Shown here: positions 36,958-47,048 of the stretch, in pieces
How positions within the stretch are numbered: position 1 is the stretch's first letter
Layout of the letters: every line of letters begins with the position of its first letter
From: Balanoglossus misakiensis
Taxonomy: Eukaryota > Animalia > Hemichordata
DNA length: 64,000 bases
NCBI GenBank assembly: GCA_040954595.2
Contig: CM082583.2
Location: forward strand, 10,615,656-10,679,655
Direction: 5' to 3'
The notes under the pieces: model-generated
What the model saw: only the letters and a program-made list of their open reading frames with translations
Databases searched by the model: none
What the model was told of the DNA's origin: nothing
Position numbers and translations under genes: made by a program

Positions 36958-39154
36958 ATGGTTTTCCGACTAGTCCGATTGGCGCTGTCATGTGCCGCTT
37001 TCTTCGTCGTAACAAGTAAGTGTCCGGATTTTAAGTACATGTACTTTTGAATGTGCAACGATCCCGGGCTGCTGAGGTTAACGTTGGTCATTTTTGGGAC
37101 GTACTTCAATATGCAAAAGTGTTTAGAAGTACTGTAAGGTCGACTTATGTAAACCATTGATTTTGAAGCTGATGCGTTGGGGGGGGGGGGGGTACTGTGC
37201 ACTTCTACTCAAAAACACCTCAGGGTTTGTGGTCGTGGTAGACAGTTGTATTTGCTATATGAAGTCCGAGTGGTCGACCAAAGCTCTCACAACAACGGTA
37301 GCTTAAATACATCATCCGTGCCAGATGAAAGTGGAATGGAATATGAAAACCCTGACAACGAGGTCACTGATGTATGCCACAAGGACGCTCTGTTTTGCGA
37401 CATATAAAGGGTTAAGAAAGTCCTAAACGTTCGTCATTGCCTCAGCGATTGTCTCCTTGAAAATTATACAATGCACACTATCCAGAAAATGCCTCTCTCA
37501 CCCCCTCTCTCTCTATCTGTCTATCACTCTGTTCTAACATATAGAAGGGAGTACAAACACCATGGTCAATATCTTGGACTTCTACCCCGCTGCCGAAGGA
37601 GATGGACTGAAAATCATCTGGGCGCATGCAGTGAACAGCCAGGCGGATTTAACGACTGCATTAACAGGTGAAAGCTTCGCTCTGTGTGTATTTCTAGTTA
37701 CGTATGTGGTCTATAGCAATATCTTCAGCAAAACTGTGTGTAGGCCTACATGTATTTAGTTTTAATTTTCAATGTCTCCAGATGACACCATGATGTTAGA
37801 GGCCGATGTGAGTCCGGAAGAAAACACAGGCACACCAATCATGGCCCATCCCCCCGATCTTACCAGTGACGTCACTCTGTCGGAGTGGATCAACAGAACC
37901 ACTGAAACAAACAAGGGTATGAAGTTGGACATAAAGTACATCGAAGTTTTGGCAGATGCCCTCGATGTGGTGAAAGAATATGACGACGAGATACACCAGC
38001 CACTGTGGTACAACGCTGATATCGTTGCCGGTCCGAATTCCCCCAAAGAGCCCGTCGATCCGGTCGAGTTCATCTCCACCATAAATGACGTCTACCCAGG
38101 TGCAGTGCTCTCTCTTGGTTGGACGACAGCCTGGGAGGCACAATCACCTGTGCAGTTGTACACGTGGACAATGATTTTCGACAATTTGAATTACAGCTAC
38201 CCGTGTGAACAAGCGGTTACCTTCCCAGTCCGTGCTGTCTGGGCTGCAAGCAGCTGGGACAAGTGGATATGGATGCTTGGCATCAGAGATGACTTCTCCC
38301 TTAGTGTTTGGTCAAGCAGCAGTGACGATGTAGACGTCAACGGGTTGGTTACCTTGCGTCAGAATGGTGACATGAAGAGAATCTATTATGATATTCCTGA
38401 AGCCCAGATGCAAGAATTCAAAGAAGCCCTAGGGAGCGTTTCAGACAGGACTGTAGAGTCGGAAGACGTGCTTGGGTGGGACAAGACACAATGGCACTCC
38501 ATTGAATCAAAGTCGACTGGGGACTATATCTATCTTAGCACCTACGGGGCTGGTCTAGTCGGCCAGAGTCGACGGTCTCTCATCCAAAGCAAAACCAAAT
38601 ACCACATACCATCACGTGATGGAGAAGAACCAGAGATCACCGGAAGAGTTCAGTTCGTCTTTCGGCCCAATCAAGACACCTATACGGATGGTGATGGGAT
38701 TGAAATTTATTTTCACACTTCTGGGATCGACGAGATGAACGCAATCATAGATGGTCTGCGACTGTACATCGGGCGCAACGGGAGAGTTATTTTAGGATTC
38801 GTCGACCAGTTTGGGCCAATTAGTGACGGTGCAGTTTCTGATCAACTTAGCCCAAGCGACTGTTATTCTTTTGACGTAACGAAAGATGGTAGCGAAGTTA
38901 CCGCTAAAGTCCAACCAGTAGAATGCTCTGATGGGACCGGCAGCCTACCCTCCGACTCCGATCCTGTTCACATGTCTCTCGAGATTTCGATTGCTGACGA
39001 CCAGTTTTATGTTGCCATAACTAAGGCGGGTGATCAAATAGATGTACTGCTTGAGGACATAACTTTGCCCTATTCGTCAGCTACTGCCATTGCTCCCTTG
39101 ATCAAAATCCTGTTCTTTGCAGCAGTATTTGCCCTGCGATTCACATCTCTGTAG
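36958..39154 (+). CDS. FAM151/Menorin (DUF2181)-family protein, copy 2, secreted and probably GPI-anchored, ~517 aa
   Basis: Exons 36958-37015 (MVFRLVRLALSCAAFFVVT, phase 1, GTAAGT donor), 37545-37667 (IIWAHAVNS) and 37782-39154. Exons 2 and 3 have the same lengths (123 and 1373 nt) as in copy 1. C-terminal SSATAIAPLIKILFFAAVFALRFTSL. Confidence 0.88.
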
Positions 39155-40602
39155 AATAAGAGTATAGACGTACCAATCTATACAATTGCAATGTACTAAA
39201 CAATAGAATGTAGTTTTTGTACTAGTATGAGCTTAATTTGCAATGTACCGAATCATACATTGTTGCTTATGTTGGTAATAAATCTGTAAAATGTTTAACA
39301 CAAATGTTGATAACATTTTCCAAAGTGGTCATCTTTTGTTGAAAGACGCTACCTGATCCACCAGGTGTACAGCTGTCCAGAAATGTCATCTCCCAATCAC
39401 TTTATTGCTTATGATTGTCGTATCGGTGTCTTTGGTTCGGTTTTGGTGTTCTTTTAGTAAGGTCCCTTCCTCAGTCCATTTTAAGACACTTTCTAGGGGA
39501 TTTTGAGATGTTCACTTGAATTGTCGTAGTTGAAATTATTCCTCTGTTTATCACCAGTATTTCTTTATTCCCAGTACTGTGTAGTTTTATTATAATATTG
39601 GTTATATAGGTGTATGATTAACGTAAATGCTATTCGCCGATTATTAGTCTGCAACAGGCGTCAGCTGGTGTCATATTGGGGAAAAGACTAATCTCCTACA
39701 TAGCTGTTATATCTGCACTTCGTGTCGTATATCGTGACGTCATCTAATTAGCATACCGGCCAGCAAAGCGCGTTTTGGATTTCTCGTCTAAACAGTCTTT
39801 AGACACCATGTCTTGATTTGGTTTCCCTCCAGCAAGATAAGACGTACGATTCTGTCGCCAAACTACGTGAGTATAAATATCATGTCCATGTTTGACATCT
39901 TCGTCGGGCTTTTTTTCCGTCGATTTCTTCCACTGTGCGATTCAGCGGACGATTCTTCCCGTTCCATACGCACCTCGGTCAGTCTATTGGCGTTGCCACC
40001 GCAACCAGTTGATGGTTTGCATCCATCCCAACACCGTCACGCCCCGATGCCGACATCGACCGTTACGTCTTTACTACGGGGGGAAAGTAAAGAATTTGTT
40101 CATTGCCAATGAAAGAATCCGACACACATACATTTGTGCGTTATTCTGTGATAAAATGCTGTACAATGTCAGTGGGGAGGTTTTATTGTTTACTCAATAC
40201 GTGTTCGAATTGGAAATCCCAGCTGTTGCCACAAAAACTCGAAACTTTATTTACACTAATATTCTGTCATAAAAATGTGCAGTACGTGTCAATCGAAATT
40301 GTCCGCCATTGTATTCGAAAATGGAATGGATGACAGACAGAAATTATGAACACAAAGATATTTAATGAGATTAAAGTCATCTGGGCTGACGATACGAATT
40401 CCACTAATGAAGTGCGTATGAGTGTTTTTTTCACTGGCCTCATACACTGTTACTGTTTCATTTACCTATCAAGTTTGTCTGGGTGGTAGCGATATGATGC
40501 TTGACTGTCCAAATTTGAACTTGTGGTGTTTTTAATTCGGGTAAATTCTACAGCTGACAAATATTTCCATTTCTTTCGTTTACAGGTAGAACGCTTGTCA
40601 GG

Positions 40603-42336
40603 ATGGCTCGAAGAGTGACGTCACTGTTAATGACAGCTCTCGCCATATCGATATTTCTTAACTTAACATTTTACATGTCTTTAATCCAACATATACATGT
40701 TCCGGCAGACTTGTCTTTGGAAAATTTCACTGTCGAAGAGGGCGCGCTAGATCAGACGTCAGCTTACTCTAAATATGGCGACGTGGTGAGGGACATGGCT
40801 GCCGATAAGGTTGATTCTTTGGTCAAGTTTGGAAAGACAGTTCACAACTCCACTGTAAATAAAGTTGGAGATTTGCTCAAGTATAACGATTGGAAATGGC
40901 CTGAACATTTTTCAACAAACAAACTCTACGACCTCCTCCTGTCGTCGCGATTATCACGGAACACAACATACAACAAGATTTATGACGTGTACAGTCAATT
41001 CAAAGCGATGGTCTCTCCCGACGGGACCAATGATACAGACGCGGATAACAGAATTGGGGAGAAGTTCCTGGAAGTTATGGAAAACTTTACAATGATAGAG
41101 GCCAGGGATGAGGAATTGGAAAGCGTCGTCGATGTCTCGTCTTCAGATGATGAGTATAATTACGTCATTGAGGGTCGCGATGATATTCCGACCCAGTTGG
41201 ATCAAAGCATTGTAGACGACGTTGAATTTGAGCAACTCGCAGACCAGGACAGAGAAGATGTTGATCATGATGTTGGTGTTGGTGGTGGTGGTGGTTTTCA
41301 ACAATTTAAAAATAAAGACGAAAACGACTTCAGTAGCAGTGATGCCGAGTTGCAACCTATGGAAAAAGAAGACATGGTTGATGATCAAAGTGACGATGAA
41401 GAAGACGCGATCACCTTAGCAACACGTCTCATGAACCAGAGTGACTCCTACGTGGCAGGGAAGCTTCAAATGAACCAGGTTCAATTCCCAGCCCCGCTTC
41501 TGCCTCACACAGACTTCCCTCTTGATGTTACCCGCGCTTGGAACGCAACCCGGGTGATGTACAACTGCGTCGACAGATGCGGTGGTCAGACTCTCCTTGC
41601 CTTGATTGGTATTCTGTCCTTCGAGCACAGTTTCCGCAGTGTCTTGAATCGCATTAAACGATACAACCTAACCGAGCAAAGGCAAGAAATCGCCATGAGA
41701 AATATCGATAATCGGATACCACCGTATGTTTTTAACAGACACGTTCACTACCTCGATTTCGAGCAACACGGACTGCACCCTCACGTCTACATCAACATCG
41801 TCCGGGAACCGTTGCCAAGATTCTTAACCTGGTACTACACGGTCCAACCTGACGAGGCCAACGAATGCAATTATAGGTTTCACCCCCACTTGGAAGGCAA
41901 AAACCGCATGACTTTCGATGAATGCGTACTTACAAACCACCCGGCTTGTTTGGAAGAGAATGCGTTCCAAATAATCCCATATTTCTGTGGCCAATCACCC
42001 GAGTGTCGCGTCCCAAGTCGATGGGCCCTGGAAAAGGCTAAAAGACGCGTGGTTCAGGATTTCGTGTTCGTTGGAGTGCTGGAAGAATTCGAACAAAGTC
42101 TGTCAATTCTGGAGATAATACTGCCACAGTTCTTTGAAAGTGCCGTCAAGGTGTACAAAACCATGGTGATGGGGCTCAAGAAATATGAATACTACAAGAA
42201 AATCAGTGCGCCCCTGCCGTCAAAACTCGCTGTCCAAGAAATGAGCAAACGACTAGTTTTAGAGTACGAATTTTTCAATTTCGTTAGAGCCCGGATGGAA
42301 CTTTTAAAGAAACAGATTCTGGTAACACGTCGCTAA
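40603..42336 (+). CDS. Uronyl/heparan sulfate 2-O-sulfotransferase-family (UST/HS2ST-like) type II membrane protein, single coding exon, 577 aa
   Basis: N-terminal transmembrane anchor, long acidic stem, then a catalytic domain with RHVHYLDF, YINIVREPLPRFLTWYY, IIPYFCGQSPEC, WALEKAK, FVGVLEEF and EYEFFNFV. Splice acceptor at 40585; a probable non-coding exon ends at a GTGAGT donor near 39866. Confidence 0.85.
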   Translation: MARRVTSLLMTALAISIFLNLTFYMSLIQHIHVPADLSLENFTVEEGALDQTSAYSKYGDVVRDMAADKVDSLVKFGKTVHNSTVNKVGDLLKYNDWKWPEHFSTNKLYDLLLSSRLSRNTTYNKIYDVYSQFKAMVSPDGTNDTDADNRIGEKFLEVMENFTMIEARDEELESVVDVSSSDDEYNYVIEGRDDIPTQLDQSIVDDVEFEQLADQDREDVDHDVGVGGGGGFQQFKNKDENDFSSSDAELQPMEKEDMVDDQSDDEEDAITLATRLMNQSDSYVAGKLQMNQVQFPAPLLPHTDFPLDVTRAWNATRVMYNCVDRCGGQTLLALIGILSFEHSFRSVLNRIKRYNLTEQRQEIAMRNIDNRIPPYVFNRHVHYLDFEQHGLHPHVYINIVREPLPRFLTWYYTVQPDEANECNYRFHPHLEGKNRMTFDECVLTNHPACLEENAFQIIPYFCGQSPECRVPSRWALEKAKRRVVQDFVFVGVLEEFEQSLSILEIILPQFFESAVKVYKTMVMGLKKYEYYKKISAPLPSKLAVQEMSKRLVLEYEFFNFVRARMELLKKQILVTRR

Positions 42337-43208
42337 TTTCTAGGAATGTGTATATTATATATACCTGAATGTACCGACTATACGCATGCGGTTAGGAACT
42401 TCTCGTAGTAGAGCGCTATATAGGGTGTATTGTACCACAGTCCCTCAAGAAAAGAGGCTGTGCTCAGTTGTACTTAACAAATGTGTGACGATAGACTTGA
42501 TGTACTACATGTATAATGCATCAAGTTAGAAATATCTTTCTTTAATGCTCACAAAACTTCTAGCACAGAAAGGGTGGAAGTTGGGTATACATATATTAGT
42601 ACTAGTAAAGGAATGCGTCATGCTGGTACCAGTGACCGGCTGAATCTAATCTAGAAGTTTCATTATCATGATTATAAAGTGAAATCAACGCCGTTTTATA
42701 AACCGACAATGACAAAACAAATATTTTAAAATTCGGACTAAGCCCGAAATTTCAAGTGTACTTTTTTCACCGTGATCAAACTCTAAATACAGATGTATTA
42801 GCATGAGAACAATTCTTTGAGTGGTTAATTTGAGTCTAAAAGATTACAAAACCTACTTGTACTATTATAATTTCAGATTTTGTGAATAGCTCAGTATTAA
42901 TGAAATAAAATCAACTCATTTGTGAAATTTTGTCACCCGTCATCACACTTATTTTCAGAAAATCTTCATTTGACCATGAGTAGAACCACTGGTTGAAAAA
43001 CTGCTGACAAAAATTGGCCATGAGAATGAGAAAAAAAACACGCTTGCAGCTACCAGGCATCGCCTTATTTTAAGTATTTTTTCTGAATTCCAAAATAAGT
43101 CATTACTTTCATTTAATAGTGTAGTAAAATATTTCCCTTTGCAGCTGCCAGACATTGCATTATTCTCTTTTTTTCTAAACATCTAAAATAAATCACCTCC
43201 ATATCAAC

Positions 43209-43290
43209 GGTAGCGTGGCCGAGCGGTCTAAGGCGCTGGTTTAAGGCACCAGTCATTTCGATGGCGTGGGTTCGAATCCCACCGCTGCCA
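43209..43290 (+). tRNA. tRNA-Leu (anticodon AAG)
   Basis: 82-nt cloverleaf GGTAGCG...CGCTGCCA with anticodon arm CTGGT-TTAAGGC-ACCAG, long variable arm, GTTCGAATC B box, and TTTT at 43295-43298. Confidence 0.97.
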
Positions 43291-43789
43291 ATAATTTTAG
43301 ACAAGTATGTATTTTTGCCTGGCTTGTTTTGGGTAGCATCTCATACATTTTTGCAAATCATGATCACCACTGCAGCTACGTTTTGAGTACATGTATATAT
43401 CATGATTATTTTTTCTTGAACGGCAAAAGTGCAGAAATACAAGTACATGTACATGGAATTCAAATTTAAAAAAATCTATTTTTATTATCACCCAAAGGAA
43501 GCTTCTATTTCATAAACACAGTAAATGTCTCTACAATGGTTTACTATAGATTGATTGATTTTGATGACAATATTCATCCAACTTTCTCATTACGTCACTT
43601 GGTCACAACTGTTAGACAAATGTTCAAAACTCAGTCGTGTAGTCAGTTTCGTCTTTTCAGCCTAACTACACAGTTCACCACTGATTTCCTGACTTTTCAT
43701 TTCACACACTTTATTCTGTTATCTAAAGCCCTTCTTTTGACCACCTGGAATGGCTTCTCCTATTATTCTGTCTGCAAAACTGATTTTTT

Positions 43790-44485
43790 TCATGCAGGTT
43801 TACCAAACACCATTTCAAACTTCTCCCTGTCTGCAATCATGCCATAATTCAGAGTGTAGAACAATGTATGATCTGAACTGTAAGTTTTGAATTTCTTTAA
43901 AACTTCACCAGGTTGGTCTCCTACTTCGTTCAGCGGCTGTACATCGGTTATAGGAACGGAAAAATCGTGTCGCCTTCCCCAGAATGTCAGGTGGGAGACT
44001 CGAAGAGTGTCACAATTCTTGTTGACAGCCATGAGTCCAATGATCCTCCTTAAATAGTAACTCATTGCATAGAGCAGGACAGTTGCTAATACGGCCAGAG
44101 AGATAGAGTAACCAAATGCCTGTTTTGTGATCAGGCCTTCCTTACACAGCATTGCCAGTGGTGGCACCGCAACTAGTGTGATTGCAGTTTGTGCGATTTT
44201 TACCCGAGAGAAACTCCGCAGGGCTCGTATAAATGGCAGTCTGTATATGACTGTGTACTCTGGATCTGCTTGGCTTGGTTTGTCAGTTGCATGACCACGG
44301 CATAGAATCTGCAGTCTTGCACAGGCCACCACATTTGCTGGAGACAATCTTGCTGTGCAACATATCTGTGGTGATTTCATTGCTGCTAAAAATATCTTTC
44401 TTGTGGATTGTGTGACGACAGGCCTTAAGGAAAGCAGAGCTTGGTTCCAGTATGATGGCAAGCCTCGTAAACTAACACGAATCAT
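43790..44485 (-). CDS. TMEM186: Transmembrane protein 186 (mitochondrial), 231 aa
   Basis: Basic presequence-like N-terminus, YTVIYRLPFIRALRSFSRVKIAQTAIT, two hydrophobic segments and LRVSHLTFWGRRHD. An acceptor near 44508 and a donor near 44690 define an upstream non-coding exon. Confidence 0.88.
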   Translation of the reverse strand: MIRVSLRGLPSYWNQALLSLRPVVTQSTRKIFLAAMKSPQICCTARLSPANVVACARLQILCRGHATDKPSQADPEYTVIYRLPFIRALRSFSRVKIAQTAITLVAVPPLAMLCKEGLITKQAFGYSISLAVLATVLLYAMSYYLRRIIGLMAVNKNCDTLRVSHLTFWGRRHDFSVPITDVQPLNEVGDQPGEVLKKFKTYSSDHTLFYTLNYGMIADREKFEMVFGKPA

Positions 44486-44855
44486 GGTGATATTCTTCAG
44501 GAACAATCTGTGAAAATAATTCAGATCACCATCTATCAGCTCCTTCACATAACCTACTGAACGGGGTCATGGGGGCGCTCTCCAGCCACGACGCGGCTAG
44601 TGCGATTCTTGCTCTAGTATGGCAAGTCGGACGATTTTAAGCAATCTCTTGCTACTAATACTCATCAGTCAAAGTTACCTTCAAGCGTTACCTGCCGTCC
44701 TTTCTGCTGTACGTTTTCACTTCGCCTCAGTCAACCTGTGAGTCTGTGACCCGTACGCTGCTTGCTTGTTTCAAGTTGACCCATGACCTCACTCTGCCTC
44801 GCTTTCGTTACAAAGTCGACCTTCGCTGACCCTTGGGATTGGGGAGGGCGTTGAA
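44486..44855. promoter_or_regulatory. Bidirectional promoter region of TMEM186 and the dehydratase gene, with a DR1 element
   Basis: The ATGs diverge 370 bp apart in CpG-rich sequence. TGACCC-A-TGACCT at 44777-44789 is a DR1 of AGGTCA half-sites. Confidence 0.6.
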
Positions 44856-46554
44856 ATGAATCCTGAAAGACAGAACGAAGAAAATAAAGGAGATGGGGAG
44901 TTCCAACCAGAGGACTTGTCGAATTTAACGATTGTACCCCTCTCTAGAATACGCGAGGCAGCGAAGCGATTACGGGGAACTGCGATCCACACCCCTCTCG
45001 TTGTTGCTCTTAACAACGATGTCGATTCCGAGTCCGATTGCGACCGAAAGGTGAACATTTCATTTCTCATACGGGAACTGTAACAGGTGTGACAGGCGTG
45101 TCCTTAAAATATTTATGTGTTGTCTACGGATTTTGTGCTGTTGTTTTCTTTCCAAATATATGTATATGCATAGACTACTGTTTTTGGTATATATGACAGT
45201 TGGAAAACTGGTTTCGTTTTACCATCTTTTTTACGTCCTTGGTTTTAGTAACATAGTTGGGTGCTTCAACTGCGGTTATGCAGACTAGTCGCTTGTTTGT
45301 TTTGTGGTTTTGTGACATGTACTAGCATGAGAATTTTCTGACACTTCTGTGTAATGTAGTCATTCTTATCTTTCGTTACGATTCGAATGTTTGCTTTTGT
45401 TGGACTTTGGTATCTGAATAATTGTAGCCGCAAAGCCCCCGACTTTTCTTTCTTCTCTCAGTTTTTTACTTGCTCATATCCTTCAGAAGTTTATTTTTTC
45501 TCTTGCATAGATTTATTTAAAACTTGAGAATCTGCAACCAATTGGTTCATTCAAACTTCGAGGAGCTTACAATGCCATACAGTGTCTGCCGCAAGGCAAG
45601 CTGCAAAGTGAAGGGGTGTTCACCTCTAGTGCTGGAAACTTCGGACAAGGTCTATCATGGAGTGCCAAACAACTGGAGCTTGCGTGTACCATCATTGTAC
45701 CCGAGACGGCACCGAGGACGAAATTAGAGGCAATTCAGAGACATGGAGGCGGCAAGGTGAACCTGAAACAGGTTCCATATGATGCTTGGTGGAAGGTCAT
45801 GTGTGAGCACTCCTATCCCGGTATGCAAGGAGTATTTATACATCCTGTATGCAATGTGGACGTTATTGCAGGTATGCTTTTAAAGGGGCATTAGCTCTAA
45901 CTTTTGTTTCTTAAAGGGGAAAGCTATACAACTTTCGGTTTCAGAATGAATGTTGCAAAACATTGTTATTGGTAATAATATATGAAAAATGCCAATTCCA
46001 CCACCATATTTCAAATGTGTGCATCATTTGGAAATTATGTTTCTTCATTTAAAGGAAATGGAACCATTGGTCTTGAAATATTGGAAGACTTACCAGATGT
46101 GGATGCTGTTGTTATTCCTTACGGAGGGGGTGGTTTATGTACCGGAATAGCGTCTGCCATTAAAGCGGTCAAACCCAGTGTGAAAATCTATGCCTGTGAA
46201 GTCAATACAGCTGCCCCGCTTTCTGCCTCCCTGGTTGCTGGGAAACCGTCGAGCTGTGATTACACAGCTAGTTTTGTGGATGGCATGGGATCCAAGGGCA
46301 TTCTTCCTGAGATGTGGAGTCTCGTCTCCAGTCTGGTTGACGACTCGCTCGTGGTGTCAGTCCCAAAAGTTGCTGAGGCTGTCAAGTTGTTGATGGAAAG
46401 AAATCGCGTCGTTGCTGAAGGGGCTGGTGCTGCCCCCGTGGCTGCGGCCCTGGCTGGTCTCGCTGGCCATGGTAACATTGTATGCATAGTGTCCGGGGGT
46501 AACATCGATAGTGACAAATTGGTGTCAATCATCAAGGGTGAAGTACCAAAATAA
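44856..46554 (+). CDS. PLP-dependent serine/threonine dehydratase / serine racemase family enzyme, 3 exons, ~351 aa
   Basis: Exons 44856-45050, 45511-45871, 46055-46554 (1056 nt). Motifs: LKLENLQPIGSFKLRGA (PLP lysine), SSAGNFGQG, GNGTIGLEI, PYGGGGL, VAEGAGA, IVSGGNID. Confidence 0.9.
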
Positions 46555-46740
46555 AACCAGAAAATAAAATAGAACTTTAAATTCGATACATCAACATTTC
46601 AAATGATCTTGAAGATTTGACATCTCATAAGCATATTGTCAAGCATCTGTACTTGTACTGTATCTATAAAATAATCACTTTTACGTAGCCATATCCAGGT
46701 CCTAGATAAAGTGTAGATGTGTGAACAAGATTATTATTTA

Positions 46741-47048
46741 CTCAACTCATCTGAAAGGACACTTTCTGATGGGCAAAAGTTATCAGAATTCTGTGGTTGA
46801 GCTCATGGGGGCGCAATTCATATGCGCTTCACGGATGTCGGCGACCCGCACATCTGCAGCAAGTGAAACTAATGGTGGCGTTTTTGCGGGGCTTTCGATT
46901 GTCCGAAGTCTGTTCCCCGCAGGTTCCCTGCCTCTTTTTGAGTCGAGTGCAGCGCCAGCAGCGTTAGAAAACGGGGGCAGGGACCAGACAAGATTATACG
47001 CGCTTCGTTTCGAGGCCCATGCAATGAAAAGATGCTGTCTTGTCTTTT
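46741..47048 (+). ncRNA. Candidate structured RNA element of unknown family
   Basis: Six closely packed hairpins and a 7-bp loop pseudoknot, with G-U wobbles favouring the + strand (see findings). Confidence 0.45.

Noticed and set aside
32753-37667. FAM151 copy 2 borrowing the copy 1 signal-peptide exon by alternative splicing
   Set aside because: Copy 2 has its own TATA box (36861) and phase-1 signal-peptide exon (36958-37015).
44486-44548. N-terminal extension of TMEM186 shown in the ORF track
   Set aside because: It starts at a GTG and crosses the splice acceptor near 44508. The first ATG is at 44485.
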